This document shows, piece by piece, positions 1 to 19,996 of a stretch of 41,324 nt of DNA. Under the pieces are notes generated by a model that saw only the letters and a list, made by a program, of their open reading frames with translations, had not been told where the DNA came from and did no database searches. A program made the position numbers and the translations under genes. Each line of letters begins with the position of its first letter. Position 1 is the stretch's first letter. Source of the DNA: Klebsormidium nitens (taxonomy: Eukaryota; Plantae; Klebsormidiophyceae); assembly GCA_000708835.1 (NCBI GenBank), contig DF237662.1, forward strand, positions 1-41,324, in the 5' to 3' direction.

Positions 1-499
1 AAGAAAGCCAGAAAGCAGACACTTTGAGATTCGTTTAAGGTTGAGGCTGACATCGATGCTCACCACTCGTCGGGACCTAAAACTTATGCTCATTTGGTCA
101 CCGCCTCCAATGTCTCTGCCAATGCATCCAACCACTGAGCCGCTTCCTGGCTTCCAGACCCCAAAAACTCCACTACGGTGCTATTCCGCTGTTTGGAATT
201 GCTATCAAGGCGCCATCCTACCATCTTACCAAGTGCTGTACATCAGTTTGTTCAGGCGGACTGCTTGAATTTCAGCCTTCAGTTCTCTGTTCAGAGAATG
301 CTTCAGTCTACCTACATGAACTTCATGATGACGCTTTTGAAAGGTGAACCGTTGAGCCAGCGGACCGTCGATATTCTGTCTTAGCAAGAGGGGCCGTTGG
401 ATGAGCACGTGGTCAGATTGACAGACACCGTCGGCAGTTACAACACTTTTCCGGTCCGGACCGTGACGGCGCTGGCTCAGCCTGGCACCCCTTCACAAT

Positions 500-1150
500 A
501 TGCAGAAGGCTACCCGGGTACCTACCGTAGGTACCCTGTACCGTACCGGTATCTTAGCTGGCCGGACCGCGGGGCGGCCGCGGCGCAAATAGACCGCCGG
601 CCGCAACAATCCGCCGCCCCCAGCCCCGGGCGGCAAAGCATCTAAGCAGAGTGCAGGTCCTGCAGGTGATCGTGTACATGTCGGGTGCTCCTCAGCTATC
701 GGTACTGAATGCCGTGCAATGCTTGTGTCAAAGGGGTACAGGTTTGCTACACAAAGCTACACAGGGTGTACCATACGGCCTCGATCCACGTCGTGTACAG
801 CAGGACCTTCTCGTACACATGTCAGACTAGCCATGCCCAAGTGGTACACAAGCTGTACACGACCACGATGTGTACGGCTCTGATACACGAATGTATCGTA
901 TCCACACCTCGGGGAGTTCCGTGACGTGGTTGCAAGTTCGCGGCCAATTTGTATTCGCAGCTTTCTCTCTGTCTAACTTGCTAACTTGCTGTATGATAAC
1001 TTCACGGGAGATCTATGGGGCGAAGTCCGGACCTCGGTACGATCGAAAAATTACTCGGTATTACCTCGGTCGGACCGAAATTGCGGCGGTCGGAGTACGG
1101 TAATCTGAGGTAATTATTGGTCGGCGGATCGGTAACTCCGAGGTCCGGTC
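500..1150. repeat. GTAC/ACCGAG-rich intergenic tract with inverted repeats, probably a transposon relic
   Basis: Contains the palindrome GGGTACCTAC-C-GTAGGTACCC (516-536), a GC-rich block at 553-646, many TGTACA/GTACAC motifs at 720-905, and an 11-bp inverted repeat at 1027-1037/1138-1148. Confidence 0.5.
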
Positions 1151-2561
1151 GCACCAGAACCGACGCAACACCGAGTTTCACCTTTTAAATCCTCGGTAAA
1201 AGTGGTGAAAGCTAGGAATTCGCCTTGAAAATGAGAGTTTGGAAAAGCATGGATCTCTGTCGATAGAGGGAGTTGGCAAGTCCCGCAAGTTGCATAGAGC
1301 TTCTCTTCATGTTGCTGAACACCTTCCAACATCAAGTTCCTTGTCTCTCTCTCGGCCTTGTGCGCATATCGGTATGGCGCCGCCATGGCGGCCATGGCTT
1401 CCTTCTTGTGTGAAAGCGCCAATGGGTCACCTTCCTTGTTGCTAGCCTCACGAGTCCAAGGGCCTTGTTTTGACATTCAGAGGCTTAGACACTACATTGT
1501 ACATGCAAGAGTAGACAGCGACGGGGCCTTCTGGCAGTCCAAAGTCGATGTCGTCATTTCCAAAGTATCTGCATCGTCCGATGGCTAGTGTCAGACTCAT
1601 CGACGGTGGATTTCCATTACATACTGAAAGGTACCGTACCGCAGATCGAACCGCGTTGAACGCAGTACCACCGGACACCGGTCACACAAATTTATGTCTG
1701 CGATCGGAACCCCGGCTCGACCGAGCAGAAACCCCTAGCCTGCAGGTACGAGAGACCGACCGGTGATAGGTTTTACCGAGGTTCACCGGAGACGCACCTC
1801 GGCGAAAGCTAGGATAATACCATACTAGTCACTACGCACCATAGATCTCCCGTGTTCGTCGATTGAGAGAAGCTGGACTTCCGGAAAGCAGCGCCTGCCT
1901 GTGCCGAAGTGGTCAAAATGCCAAGCATTGGGGTTCTACTAAAGCTTCCTGCCTCCGACATTGCCAGTGCAATGGACGTATCGGCCCGTAGAGCTTATTA
2001 TTCAATGATTGCACTCATAAAATCGCCCAACATCGTGTTTGGACTCTTGTGTATTAGCGACCCTCCGTAATGAGTCGAGTCCGACAGACTACAGACGGCC
2101 ATCATGCGGGGCCGGCGGTACTTTTATTAGTCACCACATGGTCAATTAAAGTGACACGATGCCTGATTTTGATCTCAGCTCTAAGTTGGAAGCCTCAAGC
2201 TCCGATCGCAGTCAACACTGTCCAGGTCCGATCAACTTATGAGAAGGTTACTCAGTGAGCCCCTAAATACTTTGAATTCTAATGCTCAGTGCGGCAATTT
2301 GATTCCAGCACAGCTGCGCGCCGCGAATATGATCAGAGCACATGATCGAGGAACGCTGATCATTCTACTTTCTGTCAAATCTTAGACGAATGTGATGTGA
2401 TCGTCAACGATCTATGACTCATCCAACCGTTCCTCATGTTTTTTGTATCATGATAATCGAGCGCGCATCATGGTTCCAATATATCAGGTTCTTCGAGGAC
2501 TGGTTGACGTGTGAAAATATGCGCAGAAGTTCCTGGATAACTTCACACGCAACACGCTGAT

Positions 2562-10676
<8,115 letters not shown>

Positions 10677-11663
10677 GATGATTGAACATTTTGTGGAGTG
10701 GTGTGAACAAATGGTTGTTGTTTTGGTGACTGAACCGATCCGAATCCAACCTTGGTTGGACTATAAGTAAGGCTCCACGTTCTGGAGTCCTAAGGCGTTG
10801 GATGACCAATTGCAACAACGGTGTGGACCTGTGCTTCGGCGGCTTAACTAGGAATCATGCTACCAAGTTCGGTCGAAGCAGGTGAAATTAAGCAACAATG
10901 GGATTACGCTTATATCGACGTATGAGGAGCTCACCATCAACCATCGACTTATCGCCACTCAGAATCAACGATGTACAAGATCTCTGAAGCCAACGTCAAC
11001 CCCTTTGGGCCTATTGCTTATGTCCAGAAAACAGCAACTCTGGAAACTAGGCATATTTTGGAAAGCAGTCAGGTGGAATGCGGATCGGAAACCAAGTGCC
11101 TTACCGATCGAAATGATGTTGCACAGCGGATGCGGATGGGAAGCCTGCAACATTGGGGAAATGAGCAGCCTTGGCTTTGATTCGAGGAAGGAGCGCTTGC
11201 TTCAGCACTATGCAGCTAAGCCCGAAGTAGGCAACCAACTTCAGATACATATACAGCCCTAAATGGAAAATGGGGAAAGAAGCAAGTACTTTCACATCAA
11301 TCATTTGTCCCCCAGCTTGCTTCATTAGTGCTCAGAATCCTCGAACCTCGCTGTGAAGTAGAGTTTGGGTTTTGCAGGCATCCGTGTCGACGTGCAATCT
11401 GTTTCAGACGTTCCAGTGAGCTCGCCCCTTGTTTTAACCCGCTGGGGAACTGAACACGGACTCTTCGACACTAGAATGAAAAGAGAAGTGTTCACAAGAA
11501 GTCTAGGAGGGATCTCGGCAATGTCAAAGTCCAGTCAAACAGACAGATAGCTTTGCCTTCAATCATGATTGGTGAAATGGCAGTAACCAACCTCAAACCA
11601 AGCTTGGTTAACACTGGTCCTTTCCTGTGATGTGAAAGATCGGTTTTGTGCCTGAATACTCAC

Positions 11664-11807
11664 GATCCATGTCCACCACTCCTCGCTGTCACCATCCTTC
11701 TGTGGCGCTCTTTGGCGCTCAGTCTCAAAAACTGCCGGGCGGAAGCGCTCCTCTTCGTCACTCTCGTCGTCGCCTGGGGCACGGGGGCCCCTACTCCAAG
11801 GAGGCAT
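11664..11807 (-). CDS. Candidate first coding exon of GGT (acidic cytosolic N-terminus)
   Basis: ATG at 11807 reads MPPWSRGPRAPGDDESDEEERF...EEWWTWI, then a GTGAGT donor in phase 0. This fits a phase-0 acceptor (cttacttatag) at 10761 that is in frame with GGT. The join is inferred and would give about 675 aa. Confidence 0.45.
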
Positions 11808-12963
11808 TGAACTGTCTAAAGAACTTCACAACTTGTTGACTTTGGAAAGTTGGCCCGTTGTGCATAGATTGTCTTCACTTCATGAGCTGCACTGATGAGA
11901 ACGGACCTCCTGCTCAAAGGAGGCAGGACACTAGAACGCTGGACAAGGGGAGAAGTGCAGATCTACAAAAGAGAAGGGTGATTTTGCGTGAAGGGTGTTC
12001 AGCGGAGCATGCCTAAGCCCGATGTTTTAGGAAGCAATTTGGTTAACCCCCAAAAGGTGACCGCTCCAGACGTGCTCGATTGGGCGCATGTTACAGCTTA
12101 AAGAACTGTACGTGTAAGGATCAACCCCGATACACAAGCAGTCTGCTAATGGCCACGGTGGTTGATGATGGTTCCAAAACGTTGCGCGGAGAGTTGTGCA
12201 ATCCTCTCTACTCTACTCCAGCTAATACGTTGATGACAACTGATTTTGGCGTTACTCCGCATAGCCAATCAGGAACCTAATAGCAGCTGCATCAAAACGG
12301 AGTTTGCTGTGGAAAGTTGCGGGAATGAGGCCCCCATATGCGCCTCTCAAAACAGCAAGCTACCGTACCATGATCAAAGGTGGCTGTGCCAGAATCTGAT
12401 CGAAGGTCAATTGGCTTGATCAGCATGCAAAAAGTGAGACTGAGATCCTTCTGCTGCCTTCTGCTGGATCAGTCTACATATCACTTGAAAATTGTGGGTG
12501 CTTCAAGGTCGTATATTCGAATTATAATTCTAGAAAGCGGCGCGTTCGCTGCTGGACCTTGTGCTTATTATGGGAAATAGTTAGTGGCGTGTCACTCATG
12601 GATTGCGCAGATATTTGCAACATATTCGGACACACAGGTCTGTATCGCTCAACCGTCTGCCGCAACAAACCCTAACTTTAAGAGTTGAAAGTTGAAACCT
12701 TCCAGTGGACAATGTACCGTAGGTCCTCTGCTGATTGCAGAGGAAGAAATGTTCTGCAACACTGACAGAAAGAAATTTATGTAGGAAGGGCGACAAAACC
12801 TGTCAGAAGGTGGGCAGCGCTGCCATTGGCATTGAAGCTGGTCCGCTCCTTTTAACCTGAACGGATCCAGTCACAAGCAATAGCTTCAGCCGGCAGGGCA
12901 AGATTGAACCTTGCCGCAGGGCCTGGGCCATAGAAATAAGTGTGAGTTTCGATTCGAGCAAAA

Positions 12964-13835
12964 ATGAGCGTCCTCAACAAGCTGCAGTTGCCGAAGCATG
13001 TGGCTAGTCTGAAGGCTAAGGAGGTGCCTGGGTATGTCAGGGAAACAGTCACGCCGGAGAAGATTAAGACAGGGTTTCGGAAGTGGATGGAAGATTACAG
13101 GTTGAAGTACATAGAGACCGACAGCATCAAGCCTTTGAATGATGTGCTGATCTATGGATTCATCATCTCGTATGCCCTTGCCTGGCCAACAGAGATCAAG
13201 CACATAAGGTAGGCGTGCCCGTTCTTACCACGTCAAACTTCTGTGCGCGTTTTGAAGTGCAGCCTGAGTCTGTTCTCACATACGTTGTCAAACCTCTTCC
13301 GCTGTTGCTCCTGGTAGGTTTCTGTGAACATCTTTTGTTGCAAATTCGGCATTGATAACCACACATCCAGACAAGCTGCTGCTTACATGCAGCCGGTGGA
13401 CTGAATTCTTTTGTTGGCCTGTGGATCAGGTTGCATACAAGTTGAATCTGTGTATGTCAAAGTTTTCTACAAATTGTCCCAGAATATGCTTCCTTGCCTC
13501 GAGCCAAAAGAAAAGAGCACGCCTGTTTAGGTTTAGCAGCAGCAGCCATCAGCATTGAGACTACTCATGCTCAACTTTTGCTGGGCCCCTTTTTGGATGT
13601 GAATTATGTATACTCCAGCTTGCATCGCTTTGTCTCAGGCTCGTTTGCTGTTCTCAGCTTCAGATTGTGTTCAGTCATCTGCAGATCCCCCGGTGTTGCA
13701 TGGACGGGTAGATTCGCAATGCTTACCAGTCTTTTTTGATATCGTCTTGAAGCAATCTCGTCTTTTTGGTGCAGACATGCAGAAGAAGTAGCAAGGGCAA
13801 AGGCAGCGGGGCACGAGGCACCAGGCCACCATTGA
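12964..13835 (+). CDS. ATP17: Mitochondrial F1Fo ATP synthase subunit f (plant type, At4g30010-like), 2 exons, 101 aa
   Basis: join(12964-13208,13775-13835). LKAKEVPGYV...YRLKYIETDSIKPLNDVLIYGFIISYALAWPTEIKH resembles plant subunit f as I recall it. Donor AG|GTAGG and acceptor tttttggtgcag add RHAEEVARAKAAGHEAPGHH*, like the His-rich plant C-terminus. Confidence 0.9.
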
Positions 13836-15605
13836 CAAGGTGGGAGAACAATGACTCCCGTCCTCATACTCTTTCAATGTAAGATACTGATTACAAGACC
13901 TGAACACGGATACTGCGCAGCAGTTGATTGCTGTGTTTCTTGACAAGCATCTTACCATTGAAAAGCCTGCTTGGTTGAGTACCGCATCAACCATATCATG
14001 TGCAGTTTGAAACATGGAACAGTCGAAGAATGGTGCATGACTGGGCTCCCATCGTGCGGAATATCAGTCCCTTCACTCTCTTGTTGTGGCATCGCGGTTG
14101 AAATGGTTGCCTTTGGCATTCCTTCCGCCTTTCAACTTCCTTAATCGGCTGATGCAACCCATTCTTCCTTTTGCCTTATTGTCTTTATTTCACTCAGATC
14201 AACTCTCAGTTTCTGTGGTGCTGTTTGTTGTAGAGCACCATCATTGACTGAGCTTTCCGTATTTAGCGTTCTCATGTAAGCTCGTACCAAGTCCGTCCAT
14301 CGCTTCTGCAATGCTTAAGAGTCTTGGCCCTGATTTTGGAAGCAGATCAGGTTGCGGTGTTTTGCTGCGGTCTTAAAGACCTTTGGTATACCTTGTTGTT
14401 TGCAGTTTTGGCGTAATACCCCCTGCCGAAGCCATTGGGAGACGTCAAGACTTTGCACTGCAACTCAAAGCTGTCTACACAGTCAATGAGCGACTTTTAT
14501 CAAGTTGAGTATATTGGATTCTGTTTATTCTAGTCTTGCAATATGTCCTTTCTTATGTCATAAAGCAAATGCAGATACCAATGTGAACCTCGTACATCCT
14601 TACTTGGATGTGACTAAGCGTCGCAGATAAGACTGCTCGAATGAATATGTCGTGCAGTTTCGCTTTCTTACACATCCGACTGCTGCATGAAAGTTGACAA
14701 GCGTGCACATCTTTGCATTCAAACTAGTGGCACTCGAAAGTAAGGTCCGCGAGAATCAGATTCGAAAAAAGCCCGATCTGTATCGTGATGCATACTGCAG
14801 TTCGTCATGCATACTAACATATGATGCATGGAACATATCATATGGTGGGCCCACCGCGGCACCCTAGGCTATAGCCGCTGAGCTGTGGCAGTCGGACATT
14901 GAAGCCTAGGCCGCGCGGTGCCAGCCTGACCATGTGTGCGTGCCATATCGTCTATAAGAGGTATCATATATAGCTTCACGTACGACCGATCAATTCCGAG
15001 ATCCGTCCGGGCCGCGCGCCTTGCCAGATATAGATATACACACTAGCTTTTAATTTCATTGACGTCCGACTCGATATATGTAAACATGGCTTCTTCATTT
15101 ATACATTTTTCAAATGATGATAGAATGCAGCATGGCAACGCGAATTGTTTCGCATGATGCCGCCGCGGTCTGTTATGATGTCACGCGCAATACCAGTCGT
15201 GGCAAGGGTTGGATGGGACGGCGGCCGCCCGGACTGCAAGCATTTCACTCAAAAACTGATGCATGGCTAGCTACATAGCTATGCACTGTGATGATTCCGA
15301 CCGCCGTGCGATCAAATGAATGCATGTACTACTTGTCGTGCACTGTTGATCGGGCCTCCGGCTTGATCAAGTGAAGCTCGTGACCGACGCACTCAGGCAT
15401 CTCTCTCCGTGGCTACCCCAGGCGATCACCCGCCTACGAGGCAGCTCGACCTTAGTCGGTCTCAGTTCCCCGCTCACATGCCCCGTTATCGCTGATAATG
15501 ATGCAAGGCAGGACAGGACCCTGAGTCATGATATTAGCGGAAGCAGATGCACTGAATTATGATTTCCGCAAGCCTGCCTGGACTGATTCCTGTTCCTTGA
15601 GCGTG

Positions 15606-18600
15606 TCAATGTCTTTGGGTTGAAGGGTTGAGCAGAGCAAGCGTGGTAGCCCTTTTCCGTGTTAATCTTTGCGTGAGCCTTAGGGACGCTACGAAGACAA
15701 AGAATAACCACAGGCCCCTCTCAAGCATCTTGTCGGCAGCGTGCATTTCAGGAGAGAGGAGGTCCGCAAAAGATTGGTAGACCGTCCCGATGTTCGACAC
15801 CCTGCAGCAGACGCGAAAATGCTCCTCAAACCTTCAAGAGTTGCATATTTACTACTAGAATTTCTCAGACATTTGTTCTCTTCAAAATTCAAGGGTTTCT
15901 ATCCTCTACTGATCTGTCGAGCTATCACTGCGAATGGCATCACCGGAAACATTTTGTGTAATATGTTCTCTTGATGAGATTGGCGCAAAGGAGGTGTTGA
16001 GAAAGTTCGACTTCGCAAAGATCAGCTTGCTTGGCAAAGCGCAAGCAGTCAAGCAGAAATGATTTGCTAGGACTCCACGTTCAGGCTATGTTACGAGAGC
16101 GCGGACGTTCTGCTCACAATTTGGAAGGCTTGCATGCGACTGACCCTAACACAAGGCCAGGCGGAGGGGCTAGCGTTAGAGAATCACAAGTTGCACGAAG
16201 CGCAACTCCATGCTTGCTGCCAAGTTCATCGTCGAGGGAGTCCGACGGATTCAGTTCCCACGAAGAAGGGTAAAATGTTTGCGGGCTCACAATTCCAGAA
16301 TCTTTCCGGCGAGGGGGTTGAGCAAGTCCACTTCGTGGGCTTGTCGAACCCCCGGGTTCTGGGGGCAGCTCGAGAAATTGCGACCCTCCAGATCGACCTG
16401 CAGGGAAGAAAGGGTCCCGCTCTAATAGAGTAAGAACGTCGTGCCTGTTGCACACACAATGTTGAAAGTGCAATCGTTTTGAAGTGTTGGGAGGAGCGAT
16501 TAATGGAGAATCATGAGAATGTGAGAAAGGGGTTTCTCTGTCCGGGGACTGCCTACGAACGTTCGGCTTGTGCCATCCTCAAAGCATTTTCGAACCAGGC
16601 CGCCGTCTGCTTTTGTCCCATTTTGACCGTTGGATCTGTATCGACAAGGCGGCCAAAGGTCTTGCTTGAGGTCAGAAGGCGGGACTTGGAAGATGCAATA
16701 TTGTGTCGATTTTGCTGATCTCTGTAGACACAAGATTCGATCATAAAGCGGATTGGGCTGGCCACAGATCAAGTCACAATCAGTCAACCTCGTCAACATT
16801 CGAGCAACGGCCTGAAAGCATCAGCCCCTGCTGGCTTCGGCCAATTTCAAACGCGGCCAAACATAGTCCCCGGATTTCCTTTGGTTTTCTTAACATGTTA
16901 AAAGAACGCCGTTGATTCTTCAATCAAGTGCCAGAAGATGTTGGGCCAATTCAATCATCTCCAAGCATAATCAGTTCCGCCTACGAGTATTCCGAGACTC
17001 TACCGCTGTGTGGAGTAACGTCTCCATCTGATCGACGAACTCGGTTCTATCACCGCTTGCGTTCACCACGCACCCATCCTCGTTGCATCCGAATCGAGGC
17101 CAGTAAAGAAGTCGAAAAGGGTTGGATTCTCACCTGCTGCAAGCGCGCTTGGTTGTACGTGCAGGCATACGTGCCGTTGATCCTGTACCCTTCTTTGACG
17201 TTCCACACTTCCCGGAACCCCGGGCGGCACGACTCGACGAGAAGGGCGCCCGGCTTCTCCGCAAATGCGCGCGTCGGCAGGGACGCTGACTTCGGCCAAA
17301 ACTCCACCTGTGAAAATTCGTTCGCGGTCAATATGACCGCAGAATTGTTAACAGGTTTGAAGAGATTTTGCTTCAACGATTTTCACCTAAAGAGGATCCA
17401 GGTAAGGTCACTCCAATACCCCCGGGATTCTCGTTGCGAAACAGCTGTGTTTGAGTCACTTAAAAGCTGAGTGACGCTTAGTTTTGATGGTTTGCAGTGC
17501 GCGTATGATGGCAATAAATAAAAGCAAGTGTTTTACTTCTGCGCCAGGTGTCTCTATTCTCTTAGTAACTCAAACCTTTTGAACAGAGACAATTTGAGAC
17601 TGACGAAGGAGAAATAGAAGAATCGTGGCGAAGAAATGCGCCCCACCTGAAGGACTGCCACCCAGTAGTAGACGAATCTGCAAAGCTCCCCTTTCGTTTG
17701 ACGATGTGATGGAGCGCTGTGGCCAGCAACGGGCTGCAGCGCACGGAGGGCGTCGGTGCCGCAAAGCTTGGCAGTGCGCAGATCAACATCTGCAGAGGAG
17801 ATGTGGGAGTCTCTTGTTGCGGTGTTGACAAATTGGTTTCTACATGGTATTTCTGAGATTCGTGTTTCGGCGCAGTTAGTGGACGTAAGCAGATTGGTAT
17901 GTTACTGTGTGTGAGATGTCGATCAATCTGCTCCTTTCTCCATCTACTTTCGTAACTAGCCACGCCAGTTCGTACGTGAATTTCGCTTCTATTTTGATGA
18001 GGTTTACATGTGAACCAGCTGCTTGGGACCTAGGTGAGGATGGTCCAGATCACGACGTTCCAAAGGGGCCCAGATATGAAAAAAGTGACTGCCGTTGCAT
18101 AGGATTCCAGTGAGGCTGGGACACTAACCCACGACTTCACGGTTGGCGGTCCACTGTTCATTTTGTTCAAAAGCCCTTTTCTAGAGGCTCATGCAGTGCC
18201 TTCTCTGGAAATTCCTCGGAAGACCTTAAGAAGGTTCAGAGGCGAGATTTGGTTTTGAATACTGATGGGCTATGGTGTGCTGAGCTCCAACCGTGATTCA
18301 ACAACACTCATAGTGAGAGCCAAAGGGTAGGACAAACCACCACCATTTTGACCCAAAAGATTGCTTGATTGCAAGTGTCACTTGATTTACGTCTGAGCAG
18401 AATTCTGTTGCAAGACTTGCATGCACTATAAAACCATATTCGTGATGGGTGTTCTCGATGTTAGAAAGATCACACCGTTCTTCAGTGATAAGCACGCAGC
18501 ACGGAGACTTTTCCTTGACAACCAACTTGAGGAAATCTCCTTTGCAGAGGACCCTCCACAATCAAGCTTACTTTGGAGGACACTCTCCCATGTATCAAGA

Positions 18601-19475
18601 TCCGTGTAAAACAGGGCACTTCCTAACCATATAGTCAGTTGATCCATGTAATTCGTCCTGCTACCACCATGTAGAAACCTTTAAATGCGGACACTTGTGC
18701 TCCAATAGGCAGAGAATCTCATAGCCTTCTCACCTCTGGACAGAACTTTGCACCCAGTGCGCTGATCCCCTCCTGCGTACTCTGACTGGAGCAGCCCGTT
18801 GACGTGTTCCCAGAATAGAAGGAAAGATGCAAAGCTGACCACCATAAGGGCCGACATCATCGTCGTCGCCATAAATGCAAAGCACAACCGCAGGCAAATG
18901 CGGCGCTTGCTGTGCGGAGCATGGCTGGAAGTGGCTCCTGACGATGTCAATTGCAGTACTGGATTCTGTATGATTTGACCTTGGCTGCTGTCTTCTACTT
19001 TTAGATCCCCTGATTGCCTTGCAGTCATAGGCTCGCTCTGATCCGTCATGTCATCCCTGCCAAAAGCGCTTTGTTCCAATGGTCCAGGCACTGTTTCGTG
19101 GTTCCTTTGCGATTGATTTAAAATGTCCCCTTCAAATTGCCCCTCGAGCGAGTTCCGATCAAAGCTACTCGGCTCTAACAAGTCTGGCACTATTTCTGAT
19201 AGTGCATCCTCTGACCCGCTCACGAGCTTTGCGCGCCACTCTCGCTTTCGCTGCAACTCGCTCGCTTTCAAGTCCTCAAGAAGAGTGCTCCATCCTCTGA
19301 TCTCAGTCTGCTCTTTGTCGTCCTCCCCATTGGCATCAGAAATTCTTTTCTGATCAGAAAGTGCAGCTTGAGAGCTTGGAGAAGCATGCTCCATGAGAAG
19401 ATTCGCCTCAAAATTGTCCGGAAGACCTGCTCGCTCCGAAGCACCTGCCGGCACATCTCTGGCTTGGAGAGCCAT
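15606..19475 (-). CDS. Uncharacterised two-TM membrane protein with a Cys-rich loop and a long acidic N-terminus, about 453 aa
   Basis: join(19475-18734,17789-17647,17307-17134,16397-16291,15801-15606), with GT-AG introns and phases 1/0/0/2 giving one open frame. TM1 is LCFAFMATTMMSALMVVSFASFLLF. The loop reads CKVLSRDVDLRTAKLCG...CRFVYYWVAVLQVEF...CRPGF...INGTYACTY...FSSC. TM2 is GLWLFFVFVASL. The loop resembles an uncharacterised land-plant family (recalled, not searched). Confidence 0.72.
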
Positions 19476-19996
19476 CTTCAAGCTGGGGAAACCTCAGGCA
19501 CCGCTAACTGCGGATGCTGCAGCTGTTCTGCATTCCGGCTGCTTCGTCATGTCTGCGCTGCAGCATTGCTCGAGCTGCGCATGCTGTACATACATCGAAA
19601 TTGAATGCAGGGCTCCCCTTCCAAGCCAGAACCCCCTCCTACCAAACCCTAATTATATTCGAGGGTTGCAATCGTTGGTTCTTTGACACTCAAATTCAGG
19701 ATCTATGTACATAGTCACTTTCGAACCTTCAAATTACTGTCCAGAGCATCGTAGTCGAGTGTCAGAACATAGTATCGCAAAAATGAAAGAATCAAATTGT
19801 TGAACTTCTAGTTCTACCGTATTCACGCTTTCTGAGGCCTTGTGTGGACCATTCAAGCATCAGCATTGATCAGCAACTGAGAATGCAGTCTAAGAAGTCT
19901 GACTTAGGACCAAGGCAAAGTTTGGAGCGAAAGAGCTTGGCAAAAGAACAGGAGCTGTGAGCATTGAGGAGGCAAATCTTTCCAACCAGGGCTTCC

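Noticed and set aside
1-400. Short ORFs at the window start
   Set aside because: No recognisable domain or consistent splice model; they may belong to a feature outside the window.
16500-16811. Alternative exon candidates (AVARMLTRL..., DQQNRHN...) for the 2-TM gene
   Set aside because: Exon 16397-16291 alone satisfies the phases and the Cys motif. These are not required, although alternative use is not excluded.
18298-18647. Minus-strand ORFs as further exons of the 2-TM gene
   Set aside because: The phase-1 donor at 18734 joins cleanly to 17789 and gives family-like motifs, so these ORFs are intronic.
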